A stretch of 64,000 nucleotides of DNA, taken from NCBI GenBank assembly GCA_965226385.1, contig OZ245359.1, positions 1,375,854 through 1,439,853 of the forward strand, given 5' to 3'. This document shows, in pieces, positions 17,934-28,574 of the stretch (positions are counted from its first letter, which is position 1; the number at the start of each line of letters is the position of its first letter). A program made the position numbers and the translations under genes. Origin of the DNA: Bryobacterales bacterium. GTDB taxonomy: Bacteria > Acidobacteriota > Terriglobia > Bryobacterales > UBA6623. A model generated the notes under the pieces. The model saw nothing but the letters and a program-made list of their open reading frames with translations. It was not told the origin of the DNA and did not search any database.

Positions 17934-19733
17934 CTACCAACCCACTTCACGACCTTTATTCTGCTCCTGCAGGTATTCGATCAAAGGCTCGAAATACTCA
18001 AGCATTGCGCTGGTTGATATCGGCTCCCCGGTCATTTCCAAGAGCACCTCCTGCCAGTCGCGTGTTGCACCCAGACTGAGCAATTCCCAAAGAAACTTGC
18101 CGACCTCCTCGTTGCCATAGTAATTACAGTTACGAGGATCCTGCTTCAGGATGTTCCTGGCAATGTGATTATGCAACTGGTACTTGATGACGAATGCCAT
18201 CGCATAGTCGTAGTACTGCGCCGGATCATCCGTGATGTGCGTCTTGGTACATCCATCACAGTAGTCTTCACCACGCTGTGAGGGCGGTTCAATTCCCTGG
18301 AAGCGGCCGACGTATTCCCACCAACGCTTGTTGAACTCTTCAATCGGGAGTGCCTCCTCATAAAGATCATGCTCAAAGAACGACATCGTCCCGGCAGAAA
18401 ACGGAATGAAAACCACGGCCTGGTCGAGTGCCTCGTCCAGCAACCAGGCAACCTCGTCCAGTTCAGCATCCTGTTCTAGCAGGCCAATCTCCTTGAGGTA
18501 GGCCGGTTGCCGTGAAGCAATACCAATCAGGTCGCCAACCGCTTCATGAAAAGCTCTGTTGGCTCCACTTCTCAAGGTCAATGGAACATCAGCACCGCTA
18601 TAGGCCAGGTAATAGTAAATATGTCCCAGTTCATGGTGTGTAGTTTCAAACCAGCGCCAGTTGTTCTCGACACTCATCAGTGAACGTACATCCTGACCCA
18701 GATCCATATGCCAGGCAGATGCATGAGTATTCTTCTTGCGGGTTTCACCTGGCTCCAACGGGTAAAGATCGGACTTTTCATAAAAAGACCCAGGTAAGGA
18801 TGGCATCCCCATTGAGGTGTAGAACTCCTCGGCCTGTTCAACAATCCATTCCTTGTTCTTGTCTTTCACGAGATCGTCAAGATTAATGTTCTGAGTCAAT
18901 CCTGGCCATGCCTGAGCCCAACGATTACCAATCCAGTGCGCAGGAATGCGATCAGGGACAGGTTGCTTGTAACGGGTAGCAAGCTCGTAACGGGTCCAGG
19001 TATGCAACTGCTGGTAAAGAGGATTCAGGTCTTCAATCAGTTGCCCCATCAAGTTCATCATCTCTTCGACTTCCATGCCGTAATCGGCAACCTGCAATGC
19101 GAAAAAGGAGTTGTATCCCATTTCTTGAGCGACCTGATTGCGAAGGTCTCGGAGTTCAGCTATGCCTGGCTTCAATGCAGGGCCAACTTGCTTGGATACT
19201 TCCCAAATCTTGCGACGCTCAGGTTCCAGGCGTGAGTTCACAAGGACAGCATCAATCTGGTTCGGGGTTACAACAGCACGACAGACATTGTTCGCTCGGT
19301 CATTGCAGAATTCGAATGAGTCCAGGATGGCGCTCTGACGGGCTTCAGCGGTGACCCTCGCAGCTACTGTTTCCGGGATCGTTCCAGGATATTCTGCAGC
19401 ACTCAACAGGATCTTCAGCAGTTGCTTGTTTGTGACATCATCCAGTGTCTCCTGGTGTTCCAACAGTCCCTTAGCGTTCTTGATTACCCAAGGGCTGCCA
19501 CCAAATGCAGCAATGGATTTTTCAGCCCCGATCCGCTCGCCGACATGGAGTTCATTCACATCGGTCATTGACTTCCAATAGGCCTCGGAGGTGATGACAT
19601 AGAGTTTCGTATACAGATCTGAATATGTTTTCAGGAAATCATCCGCCTGTTGTTGCGGACTTGTTCCCGAGCAACCACATATTCCCAGCAAGACAAGGCA
19701 AAGTGCCCATTGAATTGTTCTCATAGTGCTCAT
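17934..19733 (-). CDS. Peptidyl-dipeptidase A (angiotensin-converting-enzyme-like, M2 family), probable lipoprotein
   Basis: THHELGHIYY (HEXXH), FHEAVGD (third Zn ligand), HASAW; N-terminal LLGICGC lipobox. Confidence 0.92.
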   Translation of the reverse strand: MSTMRTIQWALCLVLLGICGCSGTSPQQQADDFLKTYSDLYTKLYVITSEAYWKSMTDVNELHVGERIGAEKSIAAFGGSPWVIKNAKGLLEHQETLDDVTNKQLLKILLSAAEYPGTIPETVAARVTAEARQSAILDSFEFCNDRANNVCRAVVTPNQIDAVLVNSRLEPERRKIWEVSKQVGPALKPGIAELRDLRNQVAQEMGYNSFFALQVADYGMEVEEMMNLMGQLIEDLNPLYQQLHTWTRYELATRYKQPVPDRIPAHWIGNRWAQAWPGLTQNINLDDLVKDKNKEWIVEQAEEFYTSMGMPSLPGSFYEKSDLYPLEPGETRKKNTHASAWHMDLGQDVRSLMSVENNWRWFETTHHELGHIYYYLAYSGADVPLTLRSGANRAFHEAVGDLIGIASRQPAYLKEIGLLEQDAELDEVAWLLDEALDQAVVFIPFSAGTMSFFEHDLYEEALPIEEFNKRWWEYVGRFQGIEPPSQRGEDYCDGCTKTHITDDPAQYYDYAMAFVIKYQLHNHIARNILKQDPRNCNYYGNEEVGKFLWELLSLGATRDWQEVLLEMTGEPISTSAMLEYFEPLIEYLQEQNKGREVGW

Positions 19734-20099
19734 TCTCCCATGATGCCTTTGACAGAAACCCCGGATTTTAGGAGCAAGTTCTATTACAACCAGCCCAGGA
19801 CTATGAACAGGCGTTCAAGCAATCAAGGGAATTCAATGCGTGCCTGAAATTCACTGCACTCAAAAATTGCTTTCCAGTCATAGCCTGACGGACTTCTATG
19901 ACCCAGGGATGGACTATCTGGCGCTAACACGTTGTTAACTCCGACATGGAAGAGCGGGTGCGGACAAGGGTCCCGGAATTACCGTCATCTGTGCCATCGT
20001 GTGGTTGCAGTCTCCCCAAACGCTCATCAGAGCCACAAGTGCAGCGACATAACGACGAAACTCTGGAGTATCTACGAAGTTTCGGACTATTTGGGCTGT

Positions 20100-21044
20100 G
20101 GCAGCTATGGCAATCAAGTGGTCCCTCACACCTTGAAACATTCGATCCTAAGCCACGACTGGCGGAAATGCATGGCGAACCGATGCCCAAGTCCTTCACA
20201 CAGGGACAACAGATTGCGCAGCTTCAAGGAAAATAGCCGCTCGCCAGTGGTCTGCCGGTCAGTTGCCAAGCTAGTTCCAAGGAGTCAAGTTCAACTCGTT
20301 TGGAGATCCAGTACTACATATCAACAACCCCCCAGGAGTTAGCAGGGAGATGTAAGGGGTCTCAATTGAAGCCATCAACCGCATCAACCGTGCCAGTAAC
20401 GAATTGCTGGCAGACTCCGAGATACAGGCCCGTATTGCACAGTACGAAATGGCTTTCTGCATGCAGATGAGTGTTCCGGAACTCGTTGATTTGTCCAATG
20501 AGCCGCAGAACACTCTGGATGAGTACGGTGCAGTTCCAGGAGATGGGTCCTTTGCTTCGAACTGCTTGCTGGCAAGGCGCCTTGCAGAACGTGGCGTCAG
20601 TTTCATCCAGCTCTACCACCGTGACTGGGACCATCACGGAGATATCAAGTCAACCATCACATTGAAATCCAGGGAAGTTGATCGGCCCACAGCAGCACTA
20701 ATCCGGGACCTGAAAAATCGAGGCATGCTCGAAGACACCCTCGTGATCTGGGGTGGGGAGTTTGGCCGTACCCCAATGTCCCAGGGCAGTAGTGGGCGGA
20801 CCATCACATCAAGGGTTTTTCATACTTGATGGCCGGTGGCGGCATTCAGGGAGGCATCAGCTACGGTAACACCGATGAGTTGGGATATGCGGCCATTGAA
20901 AACCCGGTCAGTGTGCATGATTTTCATGCCACAATGCTCCCCCTGCTTGGTGTGGATCACGAACGACTGAGTGTCAAATTCCAGGGGTTCGATGTCCGAT
21001 TGACAGGAATTGCAGGGAAGGTTGTGCAGGGAATCCTTACCTGA
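20100..21044 (+). pseudogene. Fragmented DUF1501-family (sulfatase-like) gene
   Basis: Pieces GPSHLETFDPKP, GVKF...NPPGVS, FASNCLLARRLAERGV...WGGEFGRTP and MAGGG...VHDFHAT lie in different frames. There is an in-frame TAA at 20353-20355 and the middle is too short. The 5' boundary is approximate. Confidence 0.85.
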
Positions 21045-21216
21045 GATTGTTTCATCAAGAGCTTACCCCTGAAACAATTGAACAGTACCTTCCGATTCCC
21101 GGATATCGCCAGATTACAGGGCAACAGGGACTGGTTGATCCCCTCACCTGGATATTGACAGGCATTTCGTTTGCAGCAAGACTGCTTATTTTCTTATCCT
21201 GAAAGTTAAGAACTAG

Positions 21217-22937
21217 CCCGACCTTCTCACGAGTCTTAGATTCGGAGGCGTTTTGTCCATTTGGGGTGGATGGATAGCCTGGCAATGTTGCGTGGGGCGT
21301 CGGATCCGGGCAGATACCTGGTAAGGGTCGCCAGATCCGCGGTTGTTGGGGCTTGTTTTCGCTTGCAACCCGCCCTGCAGACGCACTGATCCCCGGCGAC
21401 CTCCGACGGGGCTCGAGACGATGGCTGGAGTGCAGCTGCTAACAGCGCAGGGGCAGGCTCTGGAGACGGGCCAACACCTGCCTGAAGAGGCCCGCTTCAG
21501 GGAAGCCCTCGTCGAACGACAGCCGCACGGCCCGCACGCTGACCCGGATCCGCACGCCGATCTTGAGCAGCTTCAGGCGGATCGTGCCGCATTGCGCCCG
21601 CGCCAGCCGCGTGCCCGACAGGCCCCAGCGCCGCAGTAACTCCAGCAGCGCGTAGGCGAACGAGGCGAAATACAGGCGCAACTGGTTGGCCCGCATCGTC
21701 TGCGCCGAGGTGCGATCGGCGAACAGCGCCAGCTGCTGTTCCTTGATGCGGTTCTCCATATCGCCCCGCGCGCAGTACACCTCCTCGTAGAGCGCGCGCG
21801 CCGCCATCCGCTCGGCCCCCAGCGACGTCACCACGAAGCGCGGGTTGGCCCCCCGCAGCAAATGCTCCGCCTTGCCGATCACGCGCCGCTCGCGGCTCCA
21901 GCTGTCCAGCGTCCGGTAGCGGAAGTCCTTGAACACCCGTGCCGCCTGCCCCGTCCGCTCGCATTCCTGCCGGGCCCGCTCCAGCTCCGGAGCCAGGCTC
22001 CGTTTCAAGCGCGGGTTCTGCGCGATTCCCAGCACATACTCCACCCCCTGCGCCTCGCACCAAGCCAACAATTCGTCGCGGCAGAACCCGCTGTCCCCGC
22101 GCAGCCAGATCGCGACCCCGGGCCAGCGCTTCCGGATCCGCCCCACGATGCGCTCCAGCTCCTCCACCGTGCCATCCGCCGCGTCCCGGTCCGCCGTCCG
22201 CAGGCGCGCCCCCAGCAACTGCTGGCCGCAGAAGATATAGAGCGGCAAGTAACAGTAGCTGCGATAGTACCCATGGAAGAAGCGGCCTTCCTGGCGGCCG
22301 TGCAGGGGATCGTCCGTCGCGTCCACGTCCAGCACGATGCGCTCCGGCTGCTCCCCGTGCCAGTCCAGGAACAGGTCCACCAGCAGGGCATCCAGCCGCG
22401 CGGTGTCCGCCACGATCTTCTTGTAACGTTCGCCGGCGTCCAGCGCCGGCCCCGTCAGCTCCAGCCGGTTCAGCGTGCTCTTGCCCGGCGGCAAACGCTC
22501 CCAGCTCGCCCTGCGCCGTCCCCGTCCTACCGCCCCGCATAGCAGCGACCACAGCTTGCTCTGGCGCAACGTGTCGTGATCGATCAAGTCCTCGTAGCCC
22601 AGCGCCAGCCCCAGCACGCGCGCTGCCACCAGCACTTCCACCGGATGCTGCGTCCGCTGCGGGTCGCGGTGATCCCGGAAACACGCACTCAACCGCCGGA
22701 ACAGCCCCGTCCGCTGCGCCAGCTCCCGCAGCAGCAGCCCGCCGCCATCCGACCCGAGCTCCCCGCCGTCAAACCGACCGACTACACGCTGCCTTCGAAA
22801 GCGTTCGAATTCCAGTCGTTCCGTGGTACACTCTGTAGTCATAAGGTCGTCGTCCTTCTACGTGGTAAGTTGTTCATAATAAACCAATTATACCACGAAA
22901 CACGGCCTTATTCTCTACCTCTGGTGAGAAATCCGGG
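21217..22937 (-). mobile_element. IS1380-family insertion sequence, apparently complete
   Basis: Imperfect terminal IRs CCCGACCTTCTCAC / GTGAGAAATCCGGG (11/14 match). CTAG occurs on both flanks (21213-21216 and 22938-22941). Sharply higher GC than the host sequence. Confidence 0.9.
21439..22842 (-). CDS. IS1380-family DDE transposase
   Basis: FDGGELGSDGGGLLL, LGYEDLIDHD, VLDVDATDDPLHG, LRGDSGF, RGDMENRIKEQQL; uninterrupted 467 aa. Confidence 0.95.
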   Translation of the reverse strand: MTTECTTERLEFERFRRQRVVGRFDGGELGSDGGGLLLRELAQRTGLFRRLSACFRDHRDPQRTQHPVEVLVAARVLGLALGYEDLIDHDTLRQSKLWSLLCGAVGRGRRRASWERLPPGKSTLNRLELTGPALDAGERYKKIVADTARLDALLVDLFLDWHGEQPERIVLDVDATDDPLHGRQEGRFFHGYYRSYCYLPLYIFCGQQLLGARLRTADRDAADGTVEELERIVGRIRKRWPGVAIWLRGDSGFCRDELLAWCEAQGVEYVLGIAQNPRLKRSLAPELERARQECERTGQAARVFKDFRYRTLDSWSRERRVIGKAEHLLRGANPRFVVTSLGAERMAARALYEEVYCARGDMENRIKEQQLALFADRTSAQTMRANQLRLYFASFAYALLELLRRWGLSGTRLARAQCGTIRLKLLKIGVRIRVSVRAVRLSFDEGFPEAGLFRQVLARLQSLPLRC

Positions 22938-23068
22938 CTAGTGGTTCCAGGACAATCAGGCAGCAGTGGACTGGAAATGAATCAGCCCTGCATCGTGCTG
23001 CAAAATGGCACCGCTTCAGGTTTTTAAAATAAGTCCTTTGAAAATAGGGGCTAAGGAGTATTCCTGAT

Positions 23069-24216
23069 ATGAAAAATTTCTTGTCAATCACAAGTGTCTT
23101 TTGTCTTGTTTTTTTGCATTCACTGGATGCGATTCAACCAAGCCAGAAGCTCCTTCCGGACCTGTGATGCCAGTAGGCGAAGTCATCATGATTGAGGCCC
23201 CGCTGGGATTACCTCCAGTGCCAGTTCCGGCAGACAATCCACCGACAAGCAAGGCAGTAGCCCTGGGGCGTGTTCTTTATTACGACAAGGCTCTTTCGAT
23301 CGACAACACAATTGCTTGCGCGAGTTGCCATGATCCAGAAGATGGCTTCGCGGACCCGAACCAGTTTTCAGAAGGAATCAACGGTCAAAAGGGCGACAGA
23401 CAGGCACCTCCTGTAGTGAATGCTGCATACTTCACAAGCCAGTTCTGGGACGGTCGTGCAGCAAGCCTTGAAGAGCAGGCCGGTGGACCGGTTGAGAACC
23501 CCATTGAGATGGGATTCACCCATGAAGGTGTCATCGAACGGCTTTCGTCCGATCCCGTGTATATGGAGATGTTCGAGGCTGCCTGGGGTGCAGGCCCCCT
23601 CCAATTCGAGATGGTTGCAAAATCAATCGCCAGTTTTGAAAGAACAGTTCTGGCAGGTAATTCTCCTTTTGACCAGTACCTGTTTGGTGGTGACAAGGAA
23701 GCAATGAGTGCAGAGGCTGTTCGAGGTCTCGAAATCTTCCGTGATCCCGAGAAAGGGAACTGTGAAGTTTGCCACACCATTAGCGAGGAAGAAGGTTATG
23801 CATTGTTCATGGACAACAAGTTCCATAACCTCGGAGTGGGAGCTGAACTGGACGGTTCACTGGCCGACATGGGTCGCTTCAAGGAAACCGAAGCCATTGA
23901 AGACAGCGGTGCATTCAAGACACCTCACCTGCGCAACATTGCTGATAGTGCGCCTTACATGCATGACGGACATCTGAAGACTCTGAAGGAAGTGCTCGAC
24001 TTCTACATCGGAGCTGGCAACTCAAATGATCACCGTGATGAGGAAATCAAAGAACTTGATTACCTCACGGCTAATGAACGCGCCGACCTAGTAGCCTTTA
24101 TGGAAGCCCTGAGTGGTGACTATCCAGAGAATGTCGGCCCTCCCGACGGTGACATGGCATATCTTGATGTGCCTGCATCTTCGTTCGCCAGGGGTTGTTT
24201 CCGAGGTGATCTATAA
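23069..24216 (+). CDS. Di-heme cytochrome c peroxidase (CcpA/MauG family), frameshifted in the signal peptide
   Basis: CASCH and CEVCH heme motifs, FWDGRA, FKTPHLRN, PYMHDG. The RBS AAGGAG plus ATG at 23069 is out of frame with the body ORF (23101-24216); one extra T in the T7 run at 23109-23115 would join them. Confidence 0.85.
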
Positions 24217-24238
24217 CCGTTTCACTAGCATGTTAACC

Positions 24239-24253
24239 ACAGCTTGAAGCTGT
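24239..24253. other. Perfect 7-1-7 palindrome after the peroxidase stop codon
   Basis: ACAGCTT-G-AAGCTGT. Confidence 0.5.
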
Positions 24254-24352
24254 CTTCACGCACTAACAGATACCACCTGTCAGGAGTCAATAAGTTCCTT
24301 ACAGGGATGTCCCACTGAGACCCTGTATCGATCCAGAATAACTAACTATTTC

Positions 24353-25165
24353 ATGAACCTCTCGACCCTGGCCTTGGCAATTATCCTTGGTGCAGGGGCT
24401 GTAGGGTTCTCCATGCACGGCCTTGGCGGTGGGGTTCTATATACACCAGTTCAGCTGCTATTCGGCATTGAATACCACACGGCTGTTCTGCAAAGCCAGT
24501 GGTTCACACTTCTCACGGCAATATCTGCAGTACTCATCTTCAGGAAAGTAGGGAAGGTCGACTGGTCATTGGCGCTCGTACTCGAATCGAACAGCTTTGC
24601 CGGTGCGTTTCTTGGCGGGTATTTTGTCAAGACAATTCCCGCAATGCCGTTGACGGTTCTATTGGCAGTGCTTGTCCTTGCAGCTGGCATCGTCATGAAG
24701 ATTAATTTCCAGCCCCCGAAACAATTTGGGAAAAAGGCCTCTTGGCACTGGCTACGGAATATTGGAGATGTTCAATACCACGCAAACCTGGCCGCAGGGT
24801 TGCCATTGGCATTTTTGATCGGGATTTGCTCAGGGCTGACCGGGGCGGCTGGTGGATTCCTTAAAATCCCCATGCTGGTTAGGCTTTTCGGAGCCCCTCT
24901 TGATGTCGCTTTCGCATCCTCCGCATTCATGGTTGGCATCACTGCAACAGGGGGTCTTCTTGGGCATCTGGCTCAGGGAGAAGTCAGTTGGCATAGCCCG
25001 GTGTTACTAAGTGTCTTTGTACTGGTTGGCTCCCAGATCGGACCACGGCTTACACTGCGGTCCAAACCAGCAGACATTAAGAAACGGTTTGCAATGTACC
25101 TGTTCGCTCTTGCAGGTTTGATCTTTGCCAGCCTGCTATATATTTCGATTTTCAATTCTGTTTAG
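24353..25165 (+). CDS. TauE/SafE (TSUP) family sulfite/organosulfur exporter
   Basis: Two repeats of the G-x-GGG-x-P motif (GLGGGVLYTP, GAAGGFLKIP); hydrophobic throughout. Confidence 0.88.
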   Translation: MNLSTLALAIILGAGAVGFSMHGLGGGVLYTPVQLLFGIEYHTAVLQSQWFTLLTAISAVLIFRKVGKVDWSLALVLESNSFAGAFLGGYFVKTIPAMPLTVLLAVLVLAAGIVMKINFQPPKQFGKKASWHWLRNIGDVQYHANLAAGLPLAFLIGICSGLTGAAGGFLKIPMLVRLFGAPLDVAFASSAFMVGITATGGLLGHLAQGEVSWHSPVLLSVFVLVGSQIGPRLTLRSKPADIKKRFAMYLFALAGLIFASLLYISIFNSV

Positions 25166-25208
25166 CCCCACGGCTTCTCAAACATTTCTCCTGCAGCAAC
25201 AGCCAGTT

Positions 25209-26093
25209 CTATGCCAGGACAACGATGGGGTGAAAAAGCTGCTGACTGACTGCCTTCCCCAGGCAAAGTAATCGGCCATCTGGTCCCACAGCCTTGATGA
25301 TCTTTTGGGAATCGCAATTTTCAACTGAAGTGGTCTTGAAATCCCGGCCATGTCCTATAAGCACTGCCACTGACTCATCCACATAGTGAACAGGCATGTC
25401 AGGAAGCAGTTGCACCGGAATTAGCAGAGCTGCCTCCAATTGTCCTTTCTCTTTCAACTCGTCCAGAGCTTCCAGTGAATACGCCTCTTCAATTCGAAAG
25501 TTTGCAACCTGGGTCCTGTGCAGCTCTGCCACATGAGCCATACAGCCCATCCTGGCACCCAGGTCATGGGCAATAGACCGGATATAGGTTCCTGCAGAAC
25601 ACAAACAGCGCAGTCTTGCCGTATTACCAGAAACTTCAAGCAACTCAAGTTCCTGGATCTCTATCTCCACAGGTGCAAGCTCAACCGGCTGGTTCTTGTG
25701 CGCAAGTTTGTAAGCTCGCACACCATCAACCTTCTTTGCAGAAACTGGAGGCGGAACCTGGCTGATAGATCCCCGAAAACTGTCCATTAGGTTCTCAAGC
25801 TCATCCGCATTCAATTCAACCTGCTTCTGTTCTCCAACCACATCACCATCACGGTCATAGGTTGTCGTTGCCCAGCCAAAACGGATGCTGGCTACATACT
25901 CACGCTTGTGATTCAAGTAGAAACGTGCAAAGCGCGTTGCCTGTCCCAGCAACATTGGTAAAACCCCGGTAGCGAGCGGATCTAGCGTGCCAAGATGTCC
26001 GATTTTCTTGAATTCAAGCAGCTTGCGAAGTTTCTGGACTGCAGTATTCGAAGTAATGCCTGTGGGCTTGTTCAGGATAATGGCACCATCCAT
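25209..26093 (-). CDS. truB: tRNA pseudouridine(55) synthase TruB
   Basis: LNKPTGITS, GHLGTLDPLATGVL, QVPPPVSAKKVDG, CSAGTYIRSIAHD. Confidence 0.97.
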   Translation of the reverse strand: MDGAIILNKPTGITSNTAVQKLRKLLEFKKIGHLGTLDPLATGVLPMLLGQATRFARFYLNHKREYVASIRFGWATTTYDRDGDVVGEQKQVELNADELENLMDSFRGSISQVPPPVSAKKVDGVRAYKLAHKNQPVELAPVEIEIQELELLEVSGNTARLRCLCSAGTYIRSIAHDLGARMGCMAHVAELHRTQVANFRIEEAYSLEALDELKEKGQLEAALLIPVQLLPDMPVHYVDESVAVLIGHGRDFKTTSVENCDSQKIIKAVGPDGRLLCLGKAVSQQLFHPIVVLA

Positions 26094-26104
26094 TTCAACT
26101 CTTC

Positions 26105-27166
26105 TTAGACACCGTCTTGATCCTTGAAAGAGCCTGACTCGGCAAGCAGTGCAAGTGCTTCATCAATGACTCTTTCACTACTCACATGCAGCATGCAAAG
26201 GTGTTCTTCAAGGGGACACTCTCGTAACAGGCAAGGAGAGCACTCGACCTCTTCCTCAATGATTCGCGCCCAAGGTGCCGAAGGTCCTGTTGCTTTTGCA
26301 TCCGTCGCCCCGAATATTGCAACCGTTGGTACTCCCAGGGCAGATACAACATGCATCGGGCCAGAGTCGTTTGTGAGATAAAGGCTGCAGGTCGCAGCCA
26401 ACTCAATGAATTCTGACAGCTTCGTCTTGCCTGCCAGGCAATGAGCGTTGCTCCCTGCCAGGGCAGCAACCTCGGCAGCTAATGCGGCTTCCTGAACTGA
26501 ACCAAAGACTGCAATCTTGGCGCCTGTTTCTACAGCTAACCTGTGGGCAACTGTGGCAAAACGGTCTGGCAACCAACGTTTGGCTGTCCCAAAAGCGGCT
26601 CCCGGACTGATACCGATCCAGGGGCCGTCCGGAAGCCCCAGATGTTTCCAGTTCTCAATCCCCCTGAGTCGCAGCTCGTTGACTCCTGCAAGCCGTATCT
26701 CATTGCATTCCGGAAGCTTACTAAAAAAATGAGCTCTTTTGAGGAGTTCCAGATAGTAGAAGCGTTGATGTTCCGGGATTTCACCTTTCTTTGGCTTGTC
26801 GATTCGATGGCTGAGTAATGCACTCCGTCCGTCTCGCTTGTATCCGATTCTCTGCCTTATCCCTGCGCGCCAGGCCAGCCACGCTGCATCAAATGCATTC
26901 TGTAACAGGATGGCGCGATCAAACCGGCGCTTCCGTAACTCCCTGACAAGTCTTTCCTTGCCAATTAAGCCACTATGCCTGCCATCATGCTCATACAGCA
27001 TCATTGTGTCGCAGAAGTCTTCCCTTTCATACAACGATGCCACCCAGGGACGGGCCAATATCGTAATATGCCATCCGGTGTGAAGCTGCCGGATCTCACG
27101 TAATGCAGGAATGGAAATGACTGCATCACCCAGCCAGTTGGTCGCACGTACTAGCAAGTGCCGCAT
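26105..27166 (-). CDS. waaF: LPS heptosyltransferase II (GT9)
   Basis: VRATNWLGDAV, PGAAFGTAKRW, LTNDSGPMH, AIFGAT. Confidence 0.9.
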   Translation of the reverse strand: MRHLLVRATNWLGDAVISIPALREIRQLHTGWHITILARPWVASLYEREDFCDTMMLYEHDGRHSGLIGKERLVRELRKRRFDRAILLQNAFDAAWLAWRAGIRQRIGYKRDGRSALLSHRIDKPKKGEIPEHQRFYYLELLKRAHFFSKLPECNEIRLAGVNELRLRGIENWKHLGLPDGPWIGISPGAAFGTAKRWLPDRFATVAHRLAVETGAKIAVFGSVQEAALAAEVAALAGSNAHCLAGKTKLSEFIELAATCSLYLTNDSGPMHVVSALGVPTVAIFGATDAKATGPSAPWARIIEEEVECSPCLLRECPLEEHLCMLHVSSERVIDEALALLAESGSFKDQDGV

Positions 27167-27269
27167 GGAGAACTTTTCTTAGCGTAACTTGCACATGCAC
27201 ATAACTCATTTGCAAAACAAAAAGCTTGATACCAACCCAGCGGTTTCAAAAGATCACTAAAATCAAATA

Positions 27270-28574
27270 ATGCTTCGTCTTATTGCTGTCAGCTGCCTGA
27301 TGTCCTGTATGCTGGTGGCTCAACAGATACCCCAGGCATTTACTGGTGGCCAGGTCCTGCCAATTACCGGAAGTCCGATTGAACCCGGCACAGTTTTGAT
27401 TCATCAGGGCAAGATACTGGCAGTAGGGCCAACAGCCGATGTCACAATCCCGTCGAATACGGTTCGTCACGATGCCAGCGGCAAAGTGATACTTCCAGGA
27501 TTAATCGATACACACACGCACGCAGGTAATGTGGAGGGAGGCGATTCGAGCAACTCCATGCACCCGGGCGTGAGGGCTCTGGACTCTATCAATGTTCGAG
27601 ACTCCTCTATTCAGAAAGCACAGGCAGGGGGTATCACCACGGCAAATATCATGTCAGGCTCGGGGCATTTGCTCAGTGGACAAACACTGTATGTAAAATA
27701 CCGCGATGTGAAAACCATTGAAGACATGCTTGTTTACAATTCCGATGGAACCCTGGCCCACGGAATCAAGATGGCCAATGGTACGAATTCAAGGAAAGAT
27801 CCACCATTCCCGGGTACCCGTGCCAAGTCAGCAGCACTTGTCCGTGAAAGGTTTGTCCAAGCCATCGAGTACCGCGATAAACAAACCCAGGCCGCCAATG
27901 ATACCGATAAGACACCTGCACGCGATTTGGGGCTTGAAGCACTCTCCGAAGTGCTGGCAGGCAAACGGGTCGTTCATTTTCATACTCACCGCCATGACGA
28001 TATCTTGACTATCCTGCGCCTGGCAAGGGAGTTTGATTTCAAGGTGGTCCTGCAACATGTCAGTGACGCCTGGTTGGTAGCAGAAGAAATTGCCGCTTCA
28101 CCGCATGTCGTGGGTTCATCTTTGATTCTCTTAGACAGTCCCGGAGGCAAGGTTGAAGCCAGGGACATCCGCTTTTCCAGTGGCCGCAGACTCGCTGAAA
28201 CCGGTGCTCTTGTTGGGTTCCACACTGATGATCCGATCACGGACTCCCGTTTTTTCAACCGCATGGCAGCCCTGGCAGTCCGAGAGGGCATGTCAAGGGA
28301 AAAGGCCCTGTACGGGTTGACCATGGCTGGAGCCATCATGCTTGGGCTTGAACAACGAATAGGTTCACTGGAAGCCGGGAAGGATGCTGATCTCGTCATA
28401 ATGTCGGGAGACCCATTGAGCGTCTACACGAAAGTACTTGAAACCTGGGTGGACGGAGTGCAGGTTTTCAACCGGTCTAATCCCCAGGATCAACTGTATG
28501 CAGAGGGTGGGTACGGAGCCACCCATGACCAGAGCCTTTCACTCCACAACATCGCAACAGCAGAACATCAATGA
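27270..28574 (+). CDS. Exported amidohydrolase-family protein with intact metal ligands
   Basis: Signal peptide, PGLIDTHTH (HxH), HFHTHR, QHVSD, HTDD, GSLEAGKDADLV. Confidence 0.88.
   Translation: MLRLIAVSCLMSCMLVAQQIPQAFTGGQVLPITGSPIEPGTVLIHQGKILAVGPTADVTIPSNTVRHDASGKVILPGLIDTHTHAGNVEGGDSSNSMHPGVRALDSINVRDSSIQKAQAGGITTANIMSGSGHLLSGQTLYVKYRDVKTIEDMLVYNSDGTLAHGIKMANGTNSRKDPPFPGTRAKSAALVRERFVQAIEYRDKQTQAANDTDKTPARDLGLEALSEVLAGKRVVHFHTHRHDDILTILRLAREFDFKVVLQHVSDAWLVAEEIAASPHVVGSSLILLDSPGGKVEARDIRFSSGRRLAETGALVGFHTDDPITDSRFFNRMAALAVREGMSREKALYGLTMAGAIMLGLEQRIGSLEAGKDADLVIMSGDPLSVYTKVLETWVDGVQVFNRSNPQDQLYAEGGYGATHDQSLSLHNIATAEHQ

Noticed and set aside
21343-22941. Long alternative-frame ORFs over IS1380 (e.g. 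21497-22684, 21939-22838)
   Set aside because: Shadow ORFs caused by high GC; low-complexity Ala/Gly/Pro/Arg translations.
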